From: an uncultured delta proteobacterium
GTDB taxonomy: Bacteria; Desulfobacterota; Desulfobacteria; Desulfobacterales; Desulfatirhabdiaceae
DNA length: 64,000 nt
Direction of reading: 5' to 3'
Assembly (NCBI GenBank): GCA_963789395.1
Contig: CAWBKP010000005.1
Location: 99,707-163,706 of the forward strand
Position numbers and translations under genes: made by a program. The notes below the pieces were generated by a model. It saw only the letters and a program-made list of their open reading frames with translations, ran no database searches and was not told the origin of the DNA. This document shows positions 12,576 to 23,897 of the stretch, one piece after another; the stretch's first letter is position 1, and the number at the start of each line of letters is the position of its first letter.

Positions 12576-14560
12576 TTGCACCACTCTTCTTCATTTCCGC
12601 AGATTCTGGCGCCGGCAGGCAACAAGGCCAGCTTTCTGGCGGCCCTGGCTGCCGGGGCAGACGCCATATACTGCGGCCTGAAGCAGCTTTCCGCCCGCAT
12701 GGAAGCCAAGAACTTTACACTGGAAGAACTCGCCGGACTGACGGAACTGGCCCATGCCAAAGGCGCACAGGGTTTATGTCACACTGAACACGCTGATCAA
12801 GCCGGATGAACTGGATCCGGCTGGAAAGCTCATGGATGATCTGAACCGCCATGTGCATCCCGACGCCCTGATCATTCAGGATCTGGCGCTGATCGCGCTG
12901 GCCCGGCAGGCCGGGTTTTCCGGCGAGATTCACCTGTCCACCCTGGCCAATGTGAGCTTTGGCAAAGCGCTGAGCCTGATCCGCCATATTCCCGGAGTTA
13001 GCCGGGTCGTACTTCCCCGAGAACTCAGCGTTGACGAAATCAAGCAGATCGCCGGGATCTGTCCCGAAAACATCGGCCTGGAAATTTTCGTTCACGGCGC
13101 CCTGTGTTACGGGGTCTCCGGCAGATGCTACTGGAGCAGTTTTTTTGGGGGTAAAAGCGGCCTGAGGGGCAGATGCGTTCAGCCCTGCAGGCGGCTTTAT
13201 ACGCAGGAGCGCACACAGAATCGTTTTTTTTCCTGTCAGGATCTCAGCCTGGATGTCCTGGTCAAAGTCCTTCGGCCGGTTCCGGCGATTCGGGCATGGA
13301 AAATCGAAGGCCGCAAAAAAAGCCCCCATTATGTGTACTACACGGTACGGGCATATCAACTGCTCCGGGATCATGTTCAGGATGCGCATCTTCGAAAAGA
13401 GGCGATTGACCTGCTCTCACGCGCCCTGGGCCGGACCGGAACCCATTACGGTTTTCTGTCTCAAAGGCCCATGAATCCCATTCAAATAGACCGGCAGACC
13501 GGCTCCGGACTCTGTGTGGGTCATGTTTCGGAAGAAAGCGGCCGTCCCCGTGTCGTACTCAAGCAGGGGCTTTTTCCCGGCGATGTCCTGCGTGTCGGCT
13601 ACGAAGACGAACCCTGGCATGTCAGCCTGAAAATCAGCCGCCCGGTTTCAGAGGGTACCCGGTTTGATCTGACATCCGGTGGCAAAATCGCCTCCGCAGA
13701 ACGGGTCTCCGGTATTCTTGACAGACCGCCGCGAGCCGGAATTGATCTGCAAAGATATCGGCGCTTGAGGCACAGATTCCACCGGTTAGGACCGATCTGC
13801 CGCCTTCCCGATTTCAGCCAATCCTTCCCCGAAAACGCCTTCCCAAGACAAAAGCCGTTGAACAGAGGGTTTACCGGATAGCCCCGGAAATCCGGCAAAG
13901 CCCGTGAAGAAGTCGGACATCTGGCTGTCTCAGGAAACGTTTCAGGCCGTTTCCGCCACATCTGGCCTCTGCCAAAAAATCTGGTGGTGGCTTACCCCTG
14001 CGCTCTGGCCTGTCGATGAAGCCGATCTTCAAGTCTCTGATTGCACAGCTGTTGCAAAAAGGGTGCCAGACAGTTTGTCCTGAACGCCCCCTGGCAGATC
14101 GCTTTTTTTCAGAATCCCGGCAAACTTTCCCTCTGGGCCGGTCCGTTCTGCAACCTGAGCAATCCCTTGTCCATCCATGAGGTCAAATCCTATGGTTTCT
14201 CCGGAGCCATTGTCAGTCCGGAGCTGGGGCAGACGGATTACCTTTCTCTTCCCGGGCAGAGCCCCCTGCCCCTGGGAATCGTGCTTTCCGCGAACTGGCC
14301 GTTAAGCATTTCCCGGATTCTCTCGGATCACCTGAAACCCGATACCCTATTTCAGAGCCCGAAGGGAGAAATGGCATGGGCGAGCTTATCGGATTCCAAT
14401 TACTGGGTTTATCCCAACTGGATGCTTAATTTGACGGGCTACCGCAAGGAACTGGAACAGGCCGGCTTCCAGCGATTCGTTCATCTGACGGAACCTGTCC
14501 CGCCGTCCATCCGGATGAAAGACAGACCCGGAAACTGGAACTGGAGAATTATCGCTTCAA
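12576..14560 (+). CDS. U32-family Fe-S protein (RlhA/TrhP-like RNA hydroxylase); several frameshifts
   Basis: ILAPAG, GADAIY, VLPREL, EIFVHGALCYGVSGRC, RGRCVQPCR, KIEGR. Confidence 0.9.
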
Positions 14561-15080
14561 TGAACCATTCATTATTCATGGAAGAAGCGCTGTCCGAGGC
14601 CAGACAGGCCCTTGACCGGGGAGAGTTTCCGGTCGGGTGCGTAATCGTTCACGAGGGAAAGATTATTGCGACCGGATCCCGGCAGGGAACTGCAGGAGAT
14701 CTTGTCAGCGAAACCGATCATGCCGAGATACTGGCATTAAAGCAGCTTGAGAGGTCTCGCGCCGGTCGATCACAGCCGAGCTGACCCTCTACTGCACCCT
14801 TGAGCCCTGCCTGATGTGCTTTGGCGCGATTCTCATCAGCGGCATCCGGCGTATCGTGTTTGCCTACGAAGATGTGATGGGCGGCGGGACCCGATGCGAT
14901 TTGGGCCGAATGCCCCCATTGTACAGCAGCCGGCCGGTTTACCATCGTTCCCCATATCCTTCGCGACAAAAGCCTTTTTCTGTTTAAATCTTTTTTTTCA
15001 AATCCGGATAACGCCTACTGGAAAGACAGCCTTCTGGCCGCATACACTTTATCCGCCTCTTTCTCGGCGCCATCCTGAAT
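14560..15080 (+). CDS. TadA-like nucleoside/tRNA deaminase (frameshifted)
   Basis: FMEEAL, GEFPVG, HAE and TLEPCLMC zinc motifs across frames. Confidence 0.88.
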
Positions 15081-15130
15081 GCGTCCGTCACCCGATTCCG
15101 GCTTTTTTATGACACGATTGATAATATATG

Positions 15131-15160
15131 TTGACATTGTCATTTCATCAGCTGTATTAT
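15131..15160 (+). promoter_or_regulatory. Sigma70-like promoter of csp, implying a 5' UTR of about 125 nt
   Basis: TTGACA-N18-TATTAT; long leaders are typical of csp mRNAs. Confidence 0.6.
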
Positions 15161-15290
15161 TGGAACAAATCAGTAAAGATATCGCAAAATACTGCGATAT
15201 CGGTTCGAGCAGAAGGATTGTTCCATGTTGCCACAGTGACGACCTGAAGTCTGGGACCTTGATGATATTTTATGAAAGGAGGAAAACACT

Positions 15291-15491
15291 ATGGCAAATG
15301 GAATTGTAAAATGGTTTAATGACAGCAAGGGTTTCGGTTTTATTGAGCAGGAAAACGGAAAGGATGTATTCGTACATCATTCCGCCATCAATTCAACCGG
15401 ATTCAAATCACTTTCTGAAGGCGATCGCGTCACATTTGATGTGGTTCAAGGCCCCAAAGGTCCTGCCGCAGCAAACGTCACCCGCTTATAA
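15291..15491 (+). CDS. csp: Cold-shock protein
   Basis: [12 protein letters not shown] (RNP1) and DVFVHHSAI (RNP2). Confidence 0.98.
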   Translation: MANGIVKWFNDSKGFGFIEQENGKDVFVHHSAINSTGFKSLSEGDRVTFDVVQGPKGPAAANVTRL

Positions 15492-15514
15492 TTAGCCAAA
15501 ACTAATTAACACTT

Positions 15515-15550
15515 AAAGGCATTCATGTGAAAACATGAATGCCTTTTTTT
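15515..15550. terminator. Rho-independent, probably bidirectional terminator
   Basis: AAAGGCATTCATG-TGAAAA-CATGAATGCCTTT plus T run, between convergent genes. Confidence 0.88.
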
Positions 15551-15573
15551 ATTTCCCAACGCTGATCATTCTA

Positions 15574-16639
15574 TCACACTACAAACTTGCCTTTTTCGGA
15601 ATCCACCACCAGAGAGATGTGATGATCGGGCATCAAAGGGTCTCCTGAAACATCGATGTGCCGGATATCAAACCGTTTTTTGAGATAATGAATGTTTTCA
15701 TTTTTCAGCCCCCGCATGGTCGAAATTCGTTTCGGGTTAACCCGAAGGGTGACCGACTCCAAGACCCTGCCGCTGCTCTTTATCAGTTCAATGACCCTGT
15801 CGCGATAGATCTCCGCAATCACCAGGTGGCCAAAGGCCGGGTGGAACGGCCCTGCCAGAAGGATGGAACCGTTTTCCAGATCCGCTGTCGCCTGAAGCCC
15901 CATTCGAATGACAGGAATGTTGCTTTCCTGAAACATCAGATACAGCCTTTTCACCAGGGAAACAGCGGCTGAAAGGGATAACGGGGTATATCGCCCCTTG
16001 CGGTACCAGTCAGCCAGCGGGCTGTGTTCCAGAACAACCGCGGGGTAAATCCGTACAAAATCCGGACATAAGGCGGCAATTTGCCGGCCTGTCGAAATGG
16101 CGCCGGCATCATCGTCACCGGGAAGCCCCACCATCATCTGTATCCCCACTTCATAGCCGCTGTCTTTTGCCAGATGCGCCGCACAGGCCGTATGCCGCGC
16201 CGTGTGCCCCCTTCGGCTCATCGCCAGAACCGCATCGTTCATGGACTGCGCACCGATCTCGATCGTCGATACGGGAAATCCCTCCAGGATTTCCAGCCGG
16301 TCTTTCGTAAGGGTATCCGGCCGCGTCGAAAACCGGATACCGTCCACGATTCCCTCATGGACAAACGGTGTGGCGGCATTCAGAAGCCTGAGAATTTCCT
16401 GGCGGTCGATGCCCAGAAAATTTCCGCCGAAAAAGGCGATCTGCACGGGTTTGCGGCCGGGGGTCAGATATTTGAGATACGATCGAATGGCGGCTTCGAT
16501 TTGGGCAGTGGAAGGCGCCTCGAGCTTCGGACCGGGTGATGGCTTTCTGATTGCAGAAAACACATTGATGGGGGCAGCCGGCATGCGGAATAAATACCGG
16601 AATGATAAACGGTTTTACAGGGCTTTCAACGGGAGGCAT
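15574..16639 (-). CDS. Radical SAM protein, Elp3/HemN-like (frameshift near the N-terminus)
   Basis: CPHQCVFC (CxxxCxxC), AFFGG, STRPD, EIGAQS, RIYP, RMGLQ. Confidence 0.9.
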
Positions 16640-17331
16640 GCTTCATGAAGATATCGAAGGCTTTTCGCGCCGCATCCTGCTCCGCATTTTTTTTGCTTTT
16701 GCCAAACCCCTTTGCCTGAATGTCTCCACAAGTCAGCTGGACGATAAACGTCTTATCATGATCCGGACCGGTTTCGGCGGCAACGGTATAATTCGGCAAC
16801 GGCCCCTGGGCGCTCTGAATCAATTCCTGAAACTTGCTCTTATAGTCCTGAACCGCAACCGAAGGCGCATTCGCCTCTATCAGGGGCTTCATATAGCGGG
16901 AAACGATCTGAAACACGACAAGGATAGCCGCCATCCAGGTAAACAGCAGCCATCAGGGCTTCGAAGGTATTGGCCAGTATGGACGGCTTTTTGCGGCCAT
17001 GGGTCAGGCTTTCACCCTTTCCAAGCTGAACATGTTCTCCGAGGCTGAGTTCGCCCGCGATATGCGACAGCTGAAACTCATTGACCAGATGCGCCCGCAT
17101 CCGGGACAGGTGGCCTTCGTTAAAATCCGGATAATACATCATCAGCAAATGGCCGGTGATCAGGTTCACCACGGCATCGCCCAAAAATTCCAGGCGCTCG
17201 TTGTCCGGCAGCCCCTTTCCCTGCATTTCATTGACAAATGAGCTGTGCCGAAGGGCTTCTTCAAGAAGCGCCGGATCGGTAAAAGAATACCCGAGTTTTT
17301 TTTCCAATTCTGACGGGCAAGGATGGGACAT
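16626..17331 (-). CDS. rnc: Ribonuclease III (frameshift near 16925)
   Basis: NERLEFLGDAV signature; dsRBD with YKSKFQE, GPDH and SKKNAEQDAA. Confidence 0.97.
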
Positions 17332-17337
17332 AACAGA

Positions 17338-18221
17338 TCAAACCATCGTCTGTTGACGTTTCAAAAGCAGATCATAGACGGAATACGGGACAAAAAAATC
17401 CCCTTTCCCGTATCCCATTTGGATATCCGGCTTGATGGCGCCATGAAAATCGGTTCCACCGGTAATCGCCAGATCATGGCTCAGGGCAAGACGGGAATAG
17501 AATTCAACATTTTCCGAAGAATGCTCGGGATAATACACTTCAATCCCCTGCAAGCCCATTTCCTTCAGGGTTGCCACAAGGGATTCCAGGCGGGAATTAT
17601 CCGAAATTCGAAGAAGATAGGGATGGGCCAGAACCGGTATGCCACCGGCTTCTGTAATCATTTCAATCGCTTTTTGACAGTCCAGCCTGAATTTATCCAC
17701 ATAGGCGGGCTTGTTGAATCCCAGATAGGCATCAAAAGCTTCATCAAATGTCCGGACAAAACCTTTTTTTATCATCAACTGCGCAATATGCGGCCTGCCG
17801 ATCTGAGCTTCTCCGGATGCCTGAATCACTTCCTCCAGCGTAATATCCAGCCCCATTGCATTCAGGCGGCTGATGATGCAGCGGATTGCGGTTTTCTCTG
17901 GCGTGTTGCAGGGTTTCCAGGGTTTGGTTCAGCGACCGGATCATTCAACCGAATGCCATAGCCCAGAATATGAAAACTTCCCGCAACTGCGTATGAAGCT
18001 GGCGGGGTGGTACTGATTTCAATACCGGTAAGCACGCGAACAGGCGATGAACCGGCGGCTTCAAGCAGGTCCCTGGATCCTTTCAGGGTGTCATGATCTG
18101 TAATCGAAATCGCCCCAAGATCAAGCTTTTCGGCCAGCCGAAGAATGTCAACAGGAGACAGCGTTCCATCGGATGCGGTTGAATGAATATGCAGGTCGAT
18201 TCCTGCCTGATTACAGTCCAA
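17338..18221 (-). CDS. PHP-domain phosphoesterase (YciV/TrpH-like; frameshifted)
   Basis: DLHIHSTASDG, ITDHD, GRPHIA, VLAHP, TGGTDFHG. Confidence 0.92.
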
Positions 18222-18573
18222 GGGCTTTTTCCAAAGTCTCCTCTTTGGTTTTACAGTCAATACATTGGGTTGTTACCGGCCTTGCTTTCAGACGATCAAA
18301 TGAAATATCTTCCCCGCAGGATTCACAGATACCGAAGGTACCGGTTTCAATCCGCGCCAAAGCTTTCTTGACCTTCAGAATGAGCTTGCTCTCCCTGTCC
18401 CGAATTCGCAGCATGAAATTGCGGTCTGCCTCCAGAGATGCCCTGTCTGTCGGATCTGGAAAATTCTCCTTGGGAGAGGTCATTCCGGATACGGTTTCAT
18501 CTGCCTGACTGAGCAGTTCTTCGAGCAGGTTGTTCAACTGTTCCTTAAAAAAATCAAGCTCTTTTTTTTTCAT
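18211..18573 (-). CDS. dksA: RNA polymerase-binding protein DksA
   Basis: DPTDRA coiled-coil tip; CESC...RLKARP...CIDCK zinc finger. Confidence 0.96.
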   Translation of the reverse strand: MKKKELDFFKEQLNNLLEELLSQADETVSGMTSPKENFPDPTDRASLEADRNFMLRIRDRESKLILKVKKALARIETGTFGICESCGEDISFDRLKARPVTTQCIDCKTKEETLEKALGL

Positions 18574-18816
18574 AATCGAACCTATTGGCATCCTGTCGCT
18601 GGATCAGCGTATTTAAGAATATTGTGGCTAAAAAGCTCACGTCACGATCATTCCATAAAAAAACAAAGTCACAAAAAAATCATACGTAGTAAGATTCATT
18701 GAAAATTTATTGCGGCAGGAGAAAACAATATTATTGAAATGTTTAAGATAACAAAAATGATCTTCTCTGTAAAGGGGAAAATGACTTCGGGTTTGAGGGA
18801 TAAGTATGCGGCGAAA

Positions 18817-19925
18817 TCAGGTCTGGGAAAACACAATATCCTGAGCTTTTTCAAATGCTTCTTCGGCAATTTCCCGCTGTTTGAAAATGAGGCCGCCGGG
18901 CCTGTCGAGCTCAATGGCATTCTTGATTTTCTGCAATTCAACCAGCGCCATGTTTCTGATCTCGTCCCGCGCATGGATATTTTCCAGCAATTCAGAAATC
19001 GTTTCGATCATCCGGTTGATCTGCAATAAGCGTCTCGTGCTGTAACAGGGTGAACTGCTCATCCCGGATTCGCTCATAAACCGGTTTAATCCGGGCAATC
19101 ATGTCGTCCATGCAATCGAGATCGTCCCAGGGACGCTGCATTTCCAGGACATGGCGCAAACTCGAAAGATCGGCGGCAGCTTCCGGATGTGCTTCAATTT
19201 CGGACTGAAATGCAGTGAATTTTTCAAACGATTTGCGCCACGATTCCCAGCGGACAGCCCCGTTTTCATAGAAATTCTTCAATCGGACAACTGTATGGAA
19301 AATAGACACCAGTTCTGCTTGCCCGTCGCGGACCACACAGATTTTTTCATACGGATCCGGTATGGCCAGCCACGCCCTGGATAAATGACAAACAGGAGCG
19401 GATATCCGCCGCTCCGGGGTATTGCCCGGTTTCAGCCAAGCGGCCGAAACCGGCAAGCGATGCTTTCCATTGTTTCAGACAATCGCCAAGGAAATGGATC
19501 AGATCATCCTGATCCATAGGGCAATCCATGCCGAATATCTTCCTGACAGGTGTCGACAACAGCCTCCATTTCACCGGATGCCAGACGTTTTCGGGGAATG
19601 ACTTGAATCCGCTCCCATTGATCGGGCGTCTCCAGAAAGACACTGGAATGATGATGCAGGGAAAACGTTGCCATTCACCACGCAGGAAATCATTCGATCG
19701 GAAAAAAGGCTGGAAATGATTCCGGCGATTCTTGACCCGGACCATGCATCGGGTTGCCCCGAAAACCGGGAGAACACCTCCGAGAGCAAAACCGGCGTCT
19801 CCGAAGAGGCGCTGTCATCCAAAAAAGCCATTACCCGTTTGAGATCGCCGGGGTCTGTTCTTGTTAAACCCCAGCGGAAGCTGAAGGTGCCGGGAAAAAA
19901 CCTTATCGTCATTTGCCATTTTCAT
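18817..19925 (-). CDS. Helical protein resembling the C-terminal region of BREX ATPase BrxC, without a P-loop (multiple frameshifts; may be a pseudogene)
   Basis: Stitched ORFs 19571..19912, 19347..19745, 18992..19456 and 18817..19098; segments FSGQPDAWS, QWKASLAGFGRLAETGQYPG and LKNFYE recall BrxC C-terminal segments (from memory, not searched). Confidence 0.55.
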
Positions 19926-20058
19926 GATGTTGGGTCTTGTCAGGGATGAATTGTCTTGATAGATATCGAAGATAACTTTTCAAAAAATTAACATATCCTG
20001 CGGGATTCTTCAAGTTTCCCGGACATGGATTTTTCACAGAAAAGGGATAATCTCGTCC

Positions 20059-20617
20059 AATGGAAGGCCATCATCTGATTCTCGGGGAACTGGTGGATGT
20101 CGATTACCGGCCAGGTGCTCCCGGACACCCATGACGAACGGTACCGCCAGAAGCTGGCCAGGCTCCTGATGGATGCCAAAGGGTATGCCCGAAAGGATAT
20201 TCAAAGCCGGTGCAGCCTTCGGGTCAAGGCAGGGGACAACTGCGCCATCGTGAAAGTGGATATGGCCGTAACCATTGCCGACAGAATCTGCATGATCATC
20301 AAATACGGCCCGGGTTCGCTGGTCACCCGGCATCGCCCGGCTCTGGCCGCATCCCGGCTTCTGGCCCCGTATCAGATCCCCGTTGTCGTGGTCACCAACG
20401 GCGAGGACGCCGATATCCTGGACGGCCGTACCGGGGAGGTGATCGGCAGCGGCCTGGAGAACATCCCGGCCAGACCGGAACTTGCCGCACGGTGTGCTCC
20501 TTTTCATTTCCGCCCATCGCAGAATCCCGCGCCGAAATCGAAAGCCGCATCGTGTATGCTTATGAAGTCGACGGCGCCTGCCCCTGCGATGATTCCGTCT
20601 GCCGGATCACAACGTGA
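20059..20617 (+). CDS. HsdR N-terminal-like (type I restriction nuclease fold) domain protein (frameshifted)
   Basis: DTHDERYRQKLARLL..KGY, KVDMAV, IPVVVVTNG. Confidence 0.7.
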
Positions 20618-20630
20618 TGATTTTTCGTCA

Positions 20631-20665
20631 TGGTTTCGAATTTGATGCTTGAAAATTCGAAATCA
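20631..20665. terminator. Inverted repeat between convergent genes
   Basis: TGGTTTCGAATTT-N9-AAATTCGAAATCA (12/13 match). Confidence 0.55.
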
Positions 20666-20705
20666 AAACAGGGGTCCCGGTCAGAATCTGCTTACCAGCA
20701 TGTCT

Positions 20706-21474
20706 TTATGGATTCATGGCAATGAGGGCCGCGCCGATGGCGCCGGTCAACTGGGCGTTGGGGGTCACCACAAGGGAATGGCCGATTTTTTTTTCAAGCG
20801 AGCGGACAACACCGCTGTTCTGGGCAACGCCGCCGGTCATCATGATGGGCGGAATCCAGCGGATGCGCCCGGCCATGGCGGACACGCGGGCGGCAATGGA
20901 ATCATGGATGCCGGCAATGATGTTTTCCCGGCTTTCTCCCTTTGCAATCAGTGAAATGACCTCGGATTCCGCAAATACCGTGCACAGACTGCTGATGGAT
21001 GCCGGATGATCGGCGGCAAGCGAGAGGCTGCCAAAATCCGACATGTCCACCTCCAGGGCCCTGGCCATGACCTCCAGGAACCTGCCGGTTCCGGCGGCGC
21101 ACTTGTCGTTCATGGCAAAGTCCTTGACCCGGCCGGTTTCATCCAGGAGAATGACCTTGCTGTCCTGGCCGCCGATATCGATGACGGACCGGATCTCCGG
21201 GATTCATATACCGGGCGCCCGCGGCATGGCAGGTGATTTCCGTGATTGCCCGATCCGCAAAAGTGATGCTTTTGCGGCCGTATCCGGTGGCGACGATTCC
21301 TTGAATGTCGGAGGGATTCAGGCCAAGACCGGATACAATGCCTTCAAAGAGCTGATCCCCGGCATTTTTGGCATTATATCCGGTGCGAAGGATCCGGACC
21401 GCCAGAATGCTGCCATCCCGCATGACCGCCGCCTTGGCGGTAATCGAACCAATATCAATCCCTACGGTCACCAT
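20706..21474 (-). CDS. 2-hydroxyacyl-CoA dehydratase activase (HgdC/BadF-type ATPase; frameshifted)
   Basis: GIDIGS, ATGYGR, EITCHA, MNDKCAAGTGRFL, CTVFAESEVIS, TGGVA. Confidence 0.95.
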
Positions 21475-21477
21475 CGG

Positions 21478-22694
21478 TTAAAGCATCTCCATGAAGGCAT
21501 CGATCCGGGTTTCAATCTGGGCCTCTGAAAAACTGCGCTCATCCACCATGTCGGCTTCCAGCATGAGGGTCGGAAGGCCCCGCTTTTCCTGAATGATCCG
21601 CCGGATATCATACTGGCCGAACGAATAGGGCTTGCAGCTTCGGTTGGAGTGCATGACCAGACCCTGAACATCGTATTTGTCGATCATGGCAATGACTTGC
21701 TCGGCCATTTGATCCACCCCGATATTCAGATAAATCCGGCTGTAGCCCTCTGCCATGGTGTTGATAAAATCAGACGGATCGATGTATTTCATGGATCCGC
21801 ACCAGGCCGAGGTATAGGTGTCCGCAACCAGGCAGGCGCCGCGTGCGGCAAATTTGTCCGAAAGCCACCGGGTCCGGTACCAGACCGGAAGGTTGTCCCA
21901 CAGCAGCCGGAATTTTTCAAAAGGCACGGCGCTGATGCCTTCGCTGATCCGGGTGTTCATCTCCGCCAGCAGCATCCTGTAATAATCAACGGCAGTCTGC
22001 GTTCCCCGAAGGGTGACGATCAGCGCCAGGTGAAAAAAAGCATCAAAGGCGCTCATGGGCGCCGGCTTATGAACCGTCGTATCCAGAACAGCCTGCCACA
22101 GGCGCTGGCCCTTCGATGGAAAGCCTGCCGACCTCGGCCATTTTGTCCCGGTCCAGTTTTTTTCCGCAAACCTGCTCTAAAAACAGGATATATTCTTCAA
22201 CCTGGCGCTTGACATAGCTTCGGACTTCACTTGAAAATTCCGTATGGCAGACCGGGGTATCCAGAATAAAGAGCGGCACGTTGTAATAGCGGGCCTGGAC
22301 CTCGTACCATTTTAATACCGTTCCGCAGATATTGTTGCAGCAGATCAGCATGTCCGGCCGGGGAAGTCCGCCGATCGGGCCGCCGTCAACCGTCGAGCAG
22401 GCAATGTCGGCGCGGGCATATGAGCACAAGTCCCTGGAATAGCCCATGGCTTCCGCCTTTTCGCATAAATCCACCCCCATGTGGGAAGCGCCGATCATGG
22501 CCCCGTGATTTTCCGGATAGACGGGAATCACATCCATGGCAATGAGCGGCTCCACCGGCCCGCCGCTGGTGATCCAGGCGATTTTTTTCCCTGTTTCACC
22601 GGCGGTTTTGGCCTCGATGTAGTAATGGGTCATGATTTCCTTCATTTTCTGGACCGACTTGATTTTCCGCCGCTCCTTATCCGGATCAGAGCAT
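21478..22694 (-). CDS. 2-hydroxyacyl-CoA dehydratase subunit (HGD-D family; frameshifted)
   Basis: YPENH, DLCSYAR, NNICGT, HSNRSCKP, EADMVD, TRIDAFME. Confidence 0.93.
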
Positions 22695-22705
22695 GGATCG
22701 TCTCC

Positions 22706-23365
22706 CTATATCATCGAAATGATTTCATTGACGAGTTTTTCGATGCCGACCGCCACATCCTTGATTCCGGGTCCCAGCATATAGGCCGGCGTTGAAACGA
22801 TGCGGTTGGCCTTGTCCACATGAATCCGGTCAACGGTGCAGATCCTTGTGGCGCCCGCCCATGCGCTCGATGCCGGCCGCTGTTCCGGTGTCATTTCCGA
22901 TGGTGACCTCCGGTTTTTTGTCGGCAATGGCGCGGACAAGGGTTGCCGGTGCAATGCAAATGGCGCCGACCGGCTTTCCGGCAGCCACCATGTCCCGGAT
23001 CAGGCGCTCAACATCCGGCTGCACCACGGCATCCGGGCCTTTGAATGGCAAAATCGCTCAGGTTTTTGGCTGCCCCGAATCCGCCGGGAAGGATCAAGGC
23101 ATCCAGTTCCGATGCCTTGACCTTGGCGACATCCCGGATGTTTCCCCTGGCGATCCGCGCCGATTCCACCAGAACGTTTCTTTTTTCCGACAGTTTCCTG
23201 ATGGGTCAGGTGATTGATCACATGAAACTGGTCCACATCGGGGGCCATACACAGCGCCTCTGCCCCTGCCCTGTCCAGAAACAGCAGCGTCAGAACAGAC
23301 TCATGAATCTCGGCCCCATCAAAAACCCCGCATCCCGATAACAATACGCCGACTTTTTTTGACAT
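22706..23365 (-). CDS. elbB: ElbB (DJ-1/ES1-like glyoxalase; frameshifted)
   Basis: [33 protein letters not shown]. Confidence 0.93.
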
Positions 23366-23434
23366 ACCTGGCCTCCTTTCTGATATTCCGTGCAAATGAA
23401 AAGGTTTTTCTTGACAAATAACGGATAAGGATGG

Positions 23435-23755
23435 TTGAAAAGGTTGACTTTTTTCGAATTCATCAACCTTTTGCTGGATATTATGGAAATGCCCCTAACG
23501 CCTTCCGATGATCGCTCCCGGCGAGAAATCCTGTCCGAAATCTTTTCGATCATAAAAAAAATCATTGACCGCTCCGCCGGCACGGGTCTCAAGGTAAACA
23601 AAGGTATCGATGCGGCCCTGATGCTCAATCAGAAGGGGGCTGGAAACCTGCTCGAAAACGGGGATTTGCTGTTCAAGAACATCGGCGAGCCCCCACGGCT
23701 GCTGAGCATCGCGGAACGCAGACTCATTTTTACAGCCAGGAACAATAATTTATAA
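23435..23755 (+). CDS. Short hypothetical protein whose C-terminus resembles the end of an FtsK/SpoIIIE motor domain
   Basis: [23 protein letters not shown] resembles the FtsK segment DSRTILDxxGAExLLGxGDML. Confidence 0.45.
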   Translation: MKRLTFFEFINLLLDIMEMPLTPSDDRSRREILSEIFSIIKKIIDRSAGTGLKVNKGIDAALMLNQKGAGNLLENGDLLFKNIGEPPRLLSIAERRLIFTARNNNL

Positions 23756-23897
23756 CCTGTTCTTGGATAGCGATATGCCATCAAGCCCTGCTTTCATTGC
23801 TTGGCAGGCGCGGGACGGTGACAATTTTTTTCTCAAAAGGTACCCACATAAACAGCACCTTTTCAGCGCTGTTTATGCACGGTTACTGGATAACGAT

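Noticed and set aside
14041..14784. Apparent U32-deaminase fusion
   Set aside because: Likely an indel that removed the U32 stop; the deaminase has its own ATG at 14560
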